In this document: positions 37,865 to 49,719 of the stretch, piece by piece
Position numbering within the stretch: the first letter of the stretch is position 1
Layout: each line of letters opens with the position of its first letter
Origin: Octopus sinensis
Taxonomy: Eukaryota
Direction: 5' to 3'
DNA: 64,000 nucleotides
Assembly (NCBI RefSeq): GCF_006345805.1
Contig: NC_043019.1
Coordinates: 25,481,360-25,545,359 of the forward strand
Translations under genes and position numbers: made by a program
The notes under the pieces: model-generated
What the model was told of the DNA's origin: nothing
Databases searched by the model: none
The model's input: the letters and a program-made list of their open reading frames with translations, nothing else

Positions 37865-37868
<4 letters not shown>
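37510..37868. mobile_element. Penelope-like foldback remnant: ~95-bp inverted arms (37591-37684 / 37769-37868) enclosing a hammerhead motif
   Basis: Arms match in reverse complement and the loop holds a type-I hammerhead. The PLE assignment is inferred from the hammerhead type and inverted architecture. Confidence 0.65.
37707..37758 (+). ncRNA. Minimal type-I hammerhead ribozyme
   Basis: aaccac-CTGAAGA-a-tgtc(loop)gaca-c-GAAA-cgatcg-TA-gtggtt. Stem I 6 bp, stem II 4 bp plus an A-C mismatch, palindromic stem III, GUA cleavage triplet. Confidence 0.8.
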
Positions 37869-37920
<52 letters not shown>

Positions 37921-37929
37921 TCTATATAT

Positions 37930-37962
<33 letters not shown>

Positions 37963-39902
37963 TGTATATATGAGAGAGAGAGAGAGAGAGAGAGTCATAG
38001 AAAGATATATTATATATATAATAAATAAGGAGGCGAGCTGGCAGAATGGTTACCGTACCGGACAAAATGCTTAGCGGCATTTCGTCCGCTTTACGTTCTA
38101 AGTTCAAATTCTGCCGAGGTCGATTTTTTCTTTTTCAGGGTCAATAAAATAAGTACGAGTTGAGTACTGAGGTCGGTGTAATAAACTTTTCCCTCTCTCG
38201 AAATTGCCGGCCTTGTGCCACAATTGTACACCAATATATATATATATTTATATGCAGCAATCCCTCGACTAACGCGGGTGTTACGTTCAAAAACCCCACG
38301 CGGCAAGTACAAACAATACAGTACTGTATATTTTTTATAATTTGTAAATATTTATTTTATTATAAATGCGAAACAGCTCGACGGAAGAATCGACGTAAGC
38401 TTAAATAATAAACCGCGATAGGTGCACCGCGATATGGTGAGGAATTACTGTATGTGTGTTGGTAAATAGGTGTATAGGAAGTTAGATTGTTAGACAGGTT
38501 GATTAATTGATTGATCCTGCAATGCTGCCTATGTGGGTTTTCACACCTCAAGAAACAAAGGTTTCAGAAAAAAAATACACTTTTCAAAATAACCGTGGAA
38601 TTACCACGGGTTCTGCTAGTGTGGGGCAACATGTTTTCATTTAAAGCTATACAAACCGTTAGTCGCGTAACACTGGATTCTTTGTTTATTCAATAAAAAT
38701 CTTATAAACTGATGAATCGGGTACTATTTCTGCGTTATTTTACAATCATTCGCTATTTCCGGGCTAATACTAGCAATAGCTTAACTACAGCTATCTTCAT
38801 TAACGTTGTTCTACATTAATTTATGTAAGCATTAACTTATTTAAACACCAACTTAATATGAAACTTTTAAAAGACTCAATGTAGACAAATTCACACCTGT
38901 TAATACTAGTTCACGCCGCCCATAGCTTCTAAAAAAGATCTGTAACACTCTAGTATTTAAACTGGCCACATCACGCCCATATATTTTACCTTTTTTATGT
39001 TTATTGTGGTCAGATCTAGTTACTCACATCTACCATACATTGTCATTTAAAAATAATAACCATCTCACTGAAATCTCAAAGCTACAAGATATTGCATGTT
39101 TAATTCAAGACAATATAAATAAATTAGCATTACATTTGACAGAATAATCTGAACGCTAGAGGGTTAAATAACGAAATATTTAATAATTTATTTAATTATA
39201 ATGCCTTACAAGTTAGCTGATTAACTCTTGCAACTAAGAAGAGCTATTGGAATCATATGGTTCATTCTATGATTTTTACTTATATTTAATACTGCAAAAA
39301 AAAAAGGGGTGGGTGGAAATTCTCTAGTCTTCGTCGAGTGACACTTCCCTATCAACCAGAAATATATAAAACTATTTAACTGGAACGGCCTTGAGTTATA
39401 ATTATAATTATTTAATTATGAAGAACATAATATAAGATACAGCTCACTAGAAATTGGTCGAAATATTCATATATAAGTATAAGCGCATATCCAACAACAC
39501 CTCTTGCAATGCATCGGTCAACGGAGCAGAGGTTATCACCTCCAAATTCTAATTTGGCTGTGGTGCACAAACATTATGCAGGCGACATGACTGAAGGTTC
39601 GAACGGTATGTTGGAACAATACCTCCTTTTTTTAGATAAAAAAAGATAGTCATTTGAGAAAATTAGCCAACTTAATCTGGTAATTATTGCATCAAATGGA
39701 TTTCGTTTTCTTTTATTTTCTTTTATTTGTTTCAGGCATTAGACTGTGGCCAGGCTGGAGCAACGCCTTGAAAAGTTTTAGTCGAATATGTATCGACCCA
39801 CACGCCCCAATAATCAAAAGGATATTTTGTAGAGGGCTGAGAAACACGTTATAATTAAAGACCTAATTAAAGAGCCTGAATAATAATAACAACAACAACC
39901 AC

Positions 39903-39949
<47 letters not shown>

Positions 39950-40007
39950 TAACAACAAGTTCGAAAAATACCTTAGGAATGAGAACCCAGGTTCGAAATT
40001 TCCCCAA

Positions 40008-40053
40008 GACACCTGATGAAGCCTGGAGGGTATACCAGTGGAATCGTTGTGTT
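40008..40053 (+). ncRNA. Degenerate minimal type-I hammerhead ribozyme in a Penelope-like fragment (about 39959-40106)
   Basis: gacac-CTGATGA-agc-ctgg(loop)ccag-tg-GAAT-cg-TT-gtgtt. GAAA is mutated to GAAT and stem II is partly broken. Confidence 0.55.
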
Positions 40054-40539
40054 AACAACAAACAAGATGAGGATAAAATATCCATCAAATGTAAATAATG
40101 TACATTTAGAATTATTATGATTTTTGTACTCATTTAAGGTGAAAATTATAAGAATTACCCTTAAGAAAAAAAAAGGATGAAAGGCAAAGTCGACCTCGGC
40201 GGAATTTGAACTCAGAACGTAACGACAGACGAAATACGGCTACCCATTTCGCCCGGCGTGCTAACGATTCTGCCAGCTTGCCGCCTTAAATTATCACTGA
40301 ATTATATCTGCGTCACGTAAACCGGACATACAATACACCCTCAAGGCTGAAAACTTACTAAAGCCAAACAGGATCCACGTTTTCACACCACGAAACTCGA
40401 GCAATGAGCTACCAACTTGTCATGGAGCTTCACATGGTTGTTAATGTCATTGTCATTTTATCATTCGTTATAGAAACTCAAACGGAATGACTAATCGAAG
40501 CGGTGTGGCATAGCCAAATCCTCTGCACAAAGCATTCTA

Positions 40540-40925
40540 GATGGAAGCACTCCGTCGGTTACGACGATGAGGGTTCCGGTTGATCCGATCAACGGAACAG
40601 CCTGGTCGTGAAATTAACGTGTAAGTGGCTGAGCACTCCACAGACACGTGTACCCTTAACGTAGTTCTCGGGGATATTCAGCGTGAGACAGAGAGTAACA
40701 AGGCCGGCCTCTTGAAATACAGGTACAACAGAAACAGGAAGTAAGAGTGAGAGAAAGTTGTGGTGAGAGAGTACAGCAGGGATCACCACCATCCCCTGCC
40801 GGAGCCTCGTGGAGCTTTTAGGTGTTTTCGCTCAATAAACACTCACAACGCCCGGTCTGGGAATCGAAACCGCGGTCCTATGACCGCGAGTCCGCTGCCC
40901 TAACCACTGGGCCATTGCGCCTCCA
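40540..40925 (-). mobile_element. SINE family C, full length with TSD
   Basis: 14-bp TSD cacaaagcattcta / cacaaaacattcta. Confidence 0.9.
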
Positions 40926-41021
40926 CACAAAACATTCTAAGCGCACGCAAAACATTCTGATTGTTTGCGGTCAAAACTTTGATTGCCTTTCTTGACAGGC
41001 CTCGAACGCTTGAATGCTTTT

Positions 41022-41180
41022 AGGCGTGGCTGAGTGGTAAGAAGCTTGCTTCTCAACCACATGGTTCGGGGTTCAGTCTCACTGCGTGGCACATTGGGTA
41101 AATGTCTTCTACTATAGCCTCGGGCAGACCAAAGGCTTGTAAGTGGATTTGGTAGACAGAAACTGAAAGAAGCCCGTTGT
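41022..41180 (+). mobile_element. SINE family B 5' half
   Basis: Head through gaaactgaaagaagccc, then (TA)n. Confidence 0.8.
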
Positions 41181-41458
41181 ATATATATATATTGTAAAAA
41201 GATTCTGGCAAAATTTTAATTTATTGAATTCTATGGCATGCGTTCTCTAATTTTCTCCATCTTATATTTTTCAAATAAACATTGTTTCCATTATAAATTA
41301 TTTAGCTATTAATCACTTCCTATTTATTGTAAACAATGAACACACTTTAAAGTATAAAAAGTAAGAATTCCATTCGGGAAAATGAAGTAGATATGTATCT
41401 TTATTTTTCATTTTCATTCTCTTAGGCCATTACTGAACACAACACACACACACACACA

Positions 41459-41510
<52 letters not shown>

Positions 41511-41699
41511 ACACACATAAACACTCACATATTTTGCATTGTCAAGGATTACAATAACTTCGAGACACACAAGAGTCATTACAGCGAATTCGCGCACCCC
41601 CTTTTACAATATGACTCTACGTTTTTCCCCCATCGCTCACTTTCTGTCACATGAGTGTGTATGCATGTATATGCGTTTGTTTATGTTTGTGTTTGTGTG

Positions 41700-41733
<34 letters not shown>

Positions 41734-41837
41734 TGTATGTATGTATGTATGTATGTATGTATGTATGTATGTATGTAGGTATGTATGTATGTATGTATGT
41801 ATGTGTGTATGTATGTATGTATGTATGTATGTATGTA

Positions 41838-41870
<33 letters not shown>

Positions 41871-41952
41871 ATGTATGTGTGTATGTATGTGTGTACGTGT
41901 GTGCATGCATGTGGGTATGTGTGCATGTGTGCATGTGTGTATATGTGTATGC

Positions 41953-41988
<36 letters not shown>

Positions 41989-41999
41989 ATGTATGTATG

Positions 42000-42040
<41 letters not shown>

Positions 42041-42112
42041 GTATGTATGTGTGTACGTGTGTGCATGCATGTGTGTATGTGTGCATGTGTGCATGTGTGT
42101 ATATGTGTATGC

Positions 42113-42148
<36 letters not shown>

Positions 42149-42190
42149 ATGTATGTTCGAGTGTGTATGTGTATATATGTGTGTGTGTGT
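41700..42190. repeat. Compound (TATG)n/(TG)n tract with an internal ~160-bp duplication
   Basis: The gtacgtgtgtgcatgcatg block occurs at 41893 and 42053. Confidence 0.9.
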
Positions 42191-42274
42191 GGGCGTGTGA
42201 ATAAAAAATTATTACAATTCTGGACCAAGGTTTCGTTCGATTATCAATTCAGTTTACAACGAATGTATTTGAAT

Positions 42275-42433
42275 ACGGCGTGGCTGCGTGGTAAGAAGCT
42301 TTATTCCAAACAACATGGTTCCAGGTTCGATCCCACTGTGTGGCACCTTGGGCCAGAGTTTTCTACTACAGCCTCGGGCAGACCAAAGCTTTGTGAAAGG
42401 ATGTGATAGGGGGAAACTGAAAGAAGCCCGTCG

Positions 42434-42471
<38 letters not shown>

Positions 42472-42770
42472 TATATATATATATTTTTCCGTGAGAGTTA
42501 GAGGCTGGTAAGTCAACCAACTAAGGGATAGCATGTATCCAATATACTGCTGGTAATGTACCCAATTATTAATACCCAAGTGCTGGTTACACATACACAT
42601 ACACACACATACGACGGGCTTCTTTCAGTTTCTGTCTACAAAGTCCACTCACAAGGGTTTGATCGGCCCGAGGATATATTAGAAGACATTTGCCCAAGAT
42701 TCATGCAGTGGAACTGAACTCAGAACCGTGTGGTTGGGAAGAAGTTTCTTACACACAAACACGCCTGCGC
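42275..42770. mobile_element. Two opposite-orientation SINE family B 5' halves (42275-42435 +, 42610-42770 -)
   Basis: Family B head and CORE-like block in both orientations. Confidence 0.8.
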
Positions 42771-42812
42771 CTATATATATATATATAGATATATATATAG
42801 ATATATATATAT

Positions 42813-42846
<34 letters not shown>

Positions 42847-43049
42847 ATATATATATATATGCGTGTATATGTACATGTAGAGGTAGGTACGTACATATAT
42901 GTTTATATATATGCATATGTTCTATTTTATTAACATATATATATATATATAATATATTATGTATATATATATATTACAAAATTAAGGATAAAACCACTTT
43001 ACTGATTTTATCAAGGCCCTACAATATATATATATATATATATATATAT

Positions 43050-43177
43050 GTTTATAAGCTATTTAAGAAACACAACAAAACCGTTAGATTCACTTCAACA
43101 TTTAAATTTATTTGCCAAAATATTTTCGTCGCTTTGAGACCGCGACCTGTTCACTGACAAAATTCGTGCTGGGTTAT

Positions 43178-43226
<49 letters not shown>

Positions 43227-43256
43227 AGCAAATTTTGTCAGTGAACAGGTCGCAGT
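43050..43256 (-). mobile_element. Penelope-like terminal fragment with partial inverted duplication across (TA)n
   Basis: gcgacctgttcactgacaaaatt..gctgggtt, then (TA)n, then aacccagcaaattttgtcagtgaacaggtcgc. Confidence 0.6.
43111..43161 (-). ncRNA. Variant type-I hammerhead ribozyme with G3-C8 core
   Basis: Minus strand: tttgtca-GTGAACA-g-gtcgc(ggtctcaaa)gcgac-GAAA-atat-TT-tggcaaa. 7-bp stem I, 5-bp stem II, palindromic stem III (aatatt). Confidence 0.6.
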
Positions 43257-43762
43257 TCCAGCACACGATCTCAGATCAGGTCACTTACTATGCAAGTACA
43301 TCTCCGTATATATATATATATATATACACACATACATATATACATATATATGTATGTATATCTGTGCAACTTATTGTTTGTGCCCCCACCACCGCTTGAC
43401 AATCGGTGTTGGTGTGTTTGCGTCCCCGTAACTTAGAGGCTCGGCAAAAGGGCTCGATAGAATAAGCATCACGTTCTAAAAAAAACAAAAACAAGAAGTA
43501 CCGGTGTTAATTCATTCGAGTAAAAATTCATCAAGGCGATGATGCCCCAGCTTGGCCGCAGTCTAACGAGTGAAGCAAGTAAAAAAGATAGCCGATCCTG
43601 ATTGAATTGCGACGATATCGACCAGTAGGCAGGCGACAGATGTGTGGCGTGTGTACTTTTCGAAACTATAAAGGAACGACATGCGAATAATGACGAAAGC
43701 AAACGGCTGAAATCGATATGCTAGCAAAGCATCTCTGATGTAATGAGTCGCTAGCTATCGTG

Positions 43763-43804
<42 letters not shown>

Positions 43805-44218
43805 ACTATAATATCGGGCCGAACAATAGAAGAAATGCTGCAAGTTATTTCATGTCGACTATTTACTTAATCTATATTACTCTACCACTGGTATTTGAGT
43901 ACTCTGTTTTCCACCTTGTTTCACATTTATGTGTTTACCGATTATGTCGATTATATTTTACAGCAATACAACTTCCGAATTAGTAGTTTTTATCGGAAGT
44001 GGTGGTTATTCGGACTTTCTTTATCGTGGCGGCGCTTGTATTCTTTTTGTGCAAGGCTCTCACTTATACAATTTCGTGCCTACAGACTGACTCAATGAAA
44101 GCAATAACCCATAGGTCAACATAGAGATAAGGTCAACATTTTTTCTGTGAAAATATGATTGTCCATGGTCCGCGTCCTCTGCATGGGCGTTGAAAGTCTA
44201 CGTTGCTGTTGATATCTA

Positions 44219-44582
44219 AGGCGAGAGGAGCGGGTTGTGAGGAGCGTGGAATCTACATAGACACAAGTGAAGGTGGGAGGAGCGGGTTGTGAGGGGCGTG
44301 GAATTTACATGGGGCACGAGTGAAGGCGAGAAGAGGGAGCTGTGAGGAGCGTGGAATCTACATAGATACGAGTGAAGGCGAGGAGAGCGGGCTGTGAGGA
44401 GCGTGGAATCTACGTAGATACGAGTGAAGGCGAGAGGAGCGGGCTGTGAGGAGCGTGGTATCTACATGGGGCACGAGTGAAGGCGTGAAGAGGGAGCTGT
44501 GAGGAGCGTGGAATCTACATAGACACGAGTGAAGGCGAGGAGAGCGGGCTGTGAGGAGCGTGGAATTTTCGTGGACACAAGT
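44219..44582. repeat. GC-rich 52-53-bp minisatellite, about 7 units
   Basis: gtgaggagcgtggaatctac recurs at 44237, 44289, 44342, 44394, 44446, 44499 and 44551. Confidence 0.95.
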
Positions 44583-44679
44583 ACTATTGTTCAGAGTGAA
44601 GTCTGGGGAAAAAAATACTTGCAAAATCGATGTAAATCTTAACCACCCCTAGCAGAAGCATAATCCCTAGAAATACTCT

Positions 44680-44985
44680 TTTACTCTTTACTCTTTTACT
44701 TGTTTCAGTCATTTGACTGCGGCCATGCTGGAGCTCCGCCTTTAATCGAGCAACTCGACCCCGGGACTTATTCTTTTGTAAGCCCAGTACTTATTCTATT
44801 GGTCTCTTTTGCAGAACCGCTAAGTGACGGGGACATAAACACACCAGCATCGGTTGTCAAGTAATGCTAGGGGGACAAACACAGACACACACACACACAC
44901 ACAAACACATATATATATACATATATACGACGTGCTTCTTTCAGTTTCCGTCTACCAAATCCACTCACAAGGCTTTGGTCGGCAT
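44680..44985 (-). mobile_element. SINE family B (5'-truncated)
   Basis: Reverse-complement family B tail and body. Confidence 0.85.
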
Positions 44986-45448
44986 GGAATTTTCATGATG
45001 TAATTCCAGATCTCTTGTCTCAAGTGTGTCAATACCGGATCAAAATTAGGTTTAGATTAGTTATACTTAAGAGAGTATTGTACGTACATTGTAATTAAGT
45101 GTATATTGTTTACATGACATAGGGGGCCCTTGCTGTTTTGTAAAAAAAAAAAAAGCAAAGAAGAAAAAGGAAACTGAAATATTACGTATCTTTATATAAT
45201 TAGGCTCTTAAGGCCACACTAGCTGTTTATGAGATCTTTGTAAAATGTGGTTGTTGCTAGGGCTAAGCTAATTAGAATTATGTGTAACACAGGCTAGTAT
45301 TTATATGATGTTGGTGCATAAGTATAAGTACTAGCATAGCAGCATTTTGTGCCGTCCTTATATTTTAATCAAAATCTATTGGACGGCTGGGTGTAGAGAG
45401 GGTGTGCATTATTATTATTATCATTTTTTATTAACATTATTATTATTA

Positions 45449-45494
<46 letters not shown>

Positions 45495-45509
45495 ATTATA
45501 TTATATTAA

Positions 45510-45552
<43 letters not shown>

Positions 45553-45609
45553 ATTATTAATATTATTATTATTATTATTATTAATATTATTATTATTATA
45601 AAGATTTTA

Positions 45610-45648
<39 letters not shown>

Positions 45649-45669
45649 CATCATCATCATTATTTTATG

Positions 45670-45716
<47 letters not shown>

Positions 45717-45730
45717 GTTGTTGTTGTTGT

Positions 45731-45970
45731 CTTTGCACGGCTCCTAACGCTGGAGATGTACTACGGTGTCAGCTGTTCACTACCAGTGAACTAAGGTAAC
45801 ACTCCTTATTTTTCGAGCACCTTCCGGAGTATCCAAGCGGTTCCAAACAGTGCTGTTTTCTGCAAGTGTTCCACCCTTATTGCAACCCCTATTTGTTCCA
45901 TGTACTTCTCAAGATTTTTACTCACTGTTCCCAGGGCTCCGACAATTATTGTTACTACTACGACCTTTTT
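45731..45970 (-). mobile_element. R4/Dong-clade LINE extreme 3' end (same family as 29148-29664)
   Basis: Reverse complement aligns to about 29410-29664. Flanked by (TAA/CAA)n and (TAG)n on the element strand. Confidence 0.85.
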
Positions 45971-46000
45971 CAGCGACAACAACAACTACTACTACAACTG

Positions 46001-46067
<67 letters not shown>

Positions 46068-46078
46068 TACTACTACTA

Positions 46079-47955
46079 TATTTCCTCTGTAACACAGTAT
46101 GTAGGTAAAAATGCACCAGAATCTTTAGTCATCTGTCTAAAGGACCTCAGACCTCAGACAAGGACCTCAGACAGGACCTAAGACAGAAAATACTTTCCTT
46201 AAGATGTGCGCTGTGCCCAATAAGGCTGTTTTTTTTTTCAAAACATCTTGCATGAGATTTCCAGTTGCCTTAAGGAGTCTTGAAGTTTCAATGGAATTGA
46301 ATCCAACGTTCCGATCACCAATGGTATCACTTTTACATTATCTTCTCGCATTCCATACAGTCTTGTCATTTCCACTTTCTATTCGGAGTACTTGTTCACT
46401 TTTCAACCTCTTAACGCACAACATTCATGTCATTTGGTATGGCTATGTCAATGATCTGACGGTATTTGTCTCGCTTATTCAATATGACAATATCCGGCTC
46501 ACAGTGTTCGGTTACACGATCCGTCTGAAAATCATAGTCCCAGCGTATCGTTACTTTTCTATTCTCCTGCATAACTTTACTTGGTACATGCTCATATCAG
46601 TTCTCTGTTACTTCATATTGGTATTTACGGCATAAGAGCCAATGAAGATACACACTCTTTATCGTGGCAGCGCTTGTATTCTTTTTGTCACATTTTCCAC
46701 ACTCTTTTCACAGAGACTGCATTTCTGGGTGTCAGAAGTTTTATAGATGTTATACTTCACTGACTTGGTAGCGAGAGCCTGGTCTTGTGCAGCGATGCTC
46801 AGGCTTTCGGTGGTATGCTTCAAATCACTTCGCTCAATCCATGCCCACGATGCTGTATTATCCTTAATATCCTGTGTATTTCTTTCAAACTGTCCATGCA
46901 TTCTCATTTCAAGAAGGTCTTTTCTGTTCTCCTCAGCTCTTTAGTTAAACTCTTCCTTGTCTATCATTTCATCTGTATTTACACCCACATTTTTCGCGGC
47001 ATATTGCAGCAGGTCTTCATCACTATTTATCAAATTCTCGTCAAGCGTTCTCCTTTCACTCCTTATGCAATGGTCTATACTAATTAGTCCTCTGCCATCA
47101 TTCTTTCTTTTCGTATACAGTCTATTTACGTTTGCTTTAGGGTGTAGCACCCTATGCAGCATCATTAACTTTCTCGTCCTTCTAGTGTTGATATTTCCTC
47201 CTTAGTCCATTTGAGGATGGACGCACTATATCTGACCACCGCAACTGCCCAGATATTCATTGCAGCAATCACATTTTGGCATTCAGGTTGGATTTTAACA
47301 CCATCTTCACCCTTTTTGACTTTCATTTCTCTTTATAGAATGTCATCCAGCTCCAAAATCCCTAAATATCTATACATACCGTCGGGTCCACCCATGTTCT
47401 CTCCGCAATCCTCTGCTGGCTGCTTTCTTCCCTCTTTTCATATTAAGTACTGAGCATTTGGTAATCTCAAATTCCATACCGATGTCTCTACCACACCCCT
47501 GGACTGTTTTGGTTAAGGAATCTGTTTTTCAGATTTTCCAAACAATTTCAGGTCATTCATAAACAGAAGATGGTTCAATGATGGGCCTTTCTACCCACAT
47601 CGGTAATCCTAAGGGTCATTGTTATTAGTATATGTGCAATTACAAACGAGTCACCTTGGAAGATTCCCCTTTAAATATTAACTTATCCAAGGGATACGTT
47701 ACTTGAGTACAATTCGGTCTTCCACTCTTTCATGCTATACATCAGAAAATTTGTGATATTGTGAGCAACACCAAACACCTGCAGGCATTCAACGACCCAA
47801 GAATGAGGCATCATATCATATGCCTTCTTAAAGTCAATCCAAGCCATAGACGTGTTTGTATGATGTTTTCTACAATGCCTCAAAGCTGTTTTATCGATGA
47901 CCAGGCGATCCTTGGTACCCTGAGAACTCTCCCTTCATCCTTTTGCACATGTATC
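46079..47955 (-). mobile_element. R4/Dong-clade LINE, 5'-truncated, decayed (RT, CCHC region, RLE end)
   Basis: GTKDRLVIDK, AWIDFKKAYDMMPH, GIFQGDS, HLLFMNDLKL, LHPKANVNRLY..GRGL, IAAQDQAL..KCSLC and KTALLGTAHIL. Confidence 0.9.
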
Positions 47956-48384
47956 GAGGCCAAATTGCATTCTGATGTCATCACCGAATTGTTTAGCAAT
48001 TGCTAGTAAGAGAGCTTTAAATCATCCATGTAAAAGAGATGATTTGTATTTTTATTAAACATAGTAAATTGTCATATTGTACATCCTTGAAAAATTTCGA
48101 GAGAGGTATTTAGGCTAGACAAAAGAGGAGTGGTGATAGAGAGTCACCCTGGAAAATATTATGAAATTCTTACATGCTATGAAATTCCAGCATTGCGAGA
48201 TTCATTGTCATTGTTCAAAGTCAGTGTGGTTCTCCATGAGCTCATACTTATAGACACAAAGTTTCGCAGTGTTCTTCTTCTTCTTCTTCTTCTTCTTCTT
48301 CTTCTTCTTCTTCTTCTTCTTCTTCTTCTTCTTCTTCTTCTTCTTCTTCTTCTTCTTCTTCTTCTTCTTCTTCTCCTTCTCCTT

Positions 48385-49170
48385 CTTCTGTAGCGCGCCG
48401 AATGAAATGCTTAGCGGTATTTCGCTCGTCGCTTCGTTCTGAGTTCAAATTCTGCCGAGGTTGACTTTTTTTCTTTCATCCATTCGTGGCCGATTATATA
48501 AATACCAGTTACGCACTGGGGTCAATATCATCGACTTCCTCCTCTCCTCCAAGCTGTCCTTGTGGCAAAAATTTGAAATTATTATCATTATTACTAGGGC
48601 GGCGAGCTGGCGGAAATCATGCCGGACAAAATGCTTGGCGGCATTTCGTTCGTCTTTACGTTCTGAGTTCAAATTCCGCTGAAGTCGACATTCCCTTTTA
48701 TCCTTTCGGGATCGATAAGATAAGTACCAGTTGAACACTTGGATCGATGTAATCGACTTACTCACTCCCCCTAAATTGCTGACCTTGTACCAAAATTGGA
48801 AGCTATTGTTATTAAGGCGGTGAGCTGGCAGAGTCGTTAGCACGCCGGGCATAATGCCTAGCACTATTTCGTCCCTCTTTACGTTCTGAGTTCAAATTTC
48901 ACCAAGGTTGACTTTGCTCTTCATCCTTTCAGCGGTCGATAACCAGTTGATCTAACAAGCGGGGCCTCATGTCAGTGAGTGGGGCCTGTGCGCATTGATG
49001 CCGTCGAGAAGTAGGCGCCGAGACGGCGCACATTCTCTCCTGATGACCCCATACATTTGCTGGTTTCCGGTGTGCGGAGTTCTCGACTGGTAACACTTGC
49101 ATGTGCAAGTTGTTTGCAAAAGATCTAAGTACCAGTTAAATATGATCGACACGCCTTTCCACCAAATTTG
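48385..49170 (+). mobile_element. Three tandem SINE family A copies, the last interrupted by a 166-bp GC-rich insert
   Basis: Copies at about 48385, 48597 and 48816. Insert 48956-49121 lies between gatctaa direct repeats. Confidence 0.8.
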
Positions 49171-49719
49171 TTACCATTATTGTATAAGTGACGATATATT
49201 ACTTTTTAAATATATAATAACGAAATTGAGATTTAGCTAGGTTATCATTTTTTAAGTGGGTATAATTAAACGTGTTTCATTAAGGGCGCATATATTGTTT
49301 ACGTGACACAGAGCGTTGTTATTGTTTTCTTTAAAAAGCGAGGAAACTATATCTGACGTAACAGAGTCTAAAGATCATATAACCGTGCATTAACGCTGAT
49401 AAGGGAATTGCATTGCTAAGAATTTTCTTTCCAAACCAATCGTGGTTTCATACCAATGTTGAAATGAAATGCTAGTTTCTAATTTAAGCCCAAGTTTTGA
49501 AGAAAGGCGGTTAGCCGACACCACCAACACCGATACTTGACTTCTATTTTATTTCACCGGCCCTGAAAGGGTGACAGGCAAAGTTCGCATCTGAGCTGAA
49601 ACCCTGCTTGATAAACCTTACTGGTCATCTTTTTGGTTGTGATAAAATGAAGTACCAGTAAAGTACTGGGGTCGATGTAATCGACTTAGTTTTCTGCCTC
49701 GAAATTACTGACCTTGTGA

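Noticed and set aside
38375-38395. 18-nt microexon LDGRID with gtaagc donor
   Set aside because: Weak acceptor and no host gene on the + strand to attach it to.
39480-39605. Open + frame ending at aacg|gtatgt (and WD-like IRIW on the - strand)
   Set aside because: No adequate acceptor, the minus frames have stops, and there is no recognisable homology.
41637-42406. Up to 251-aa CVYM/HTYI ORFs (also 2886-3176, 18044-18394, 58496-60065, 63216-63942)
   Set aside because: Artefacts of (CA)n, (TA)n and (TATG)n repeats.
43590-43700. WD40-like RHTSVACLLVD peptide on the minus strand
   Set aside because: No splice donor and the frame runs into a SINE tail. The motif is too short to support.
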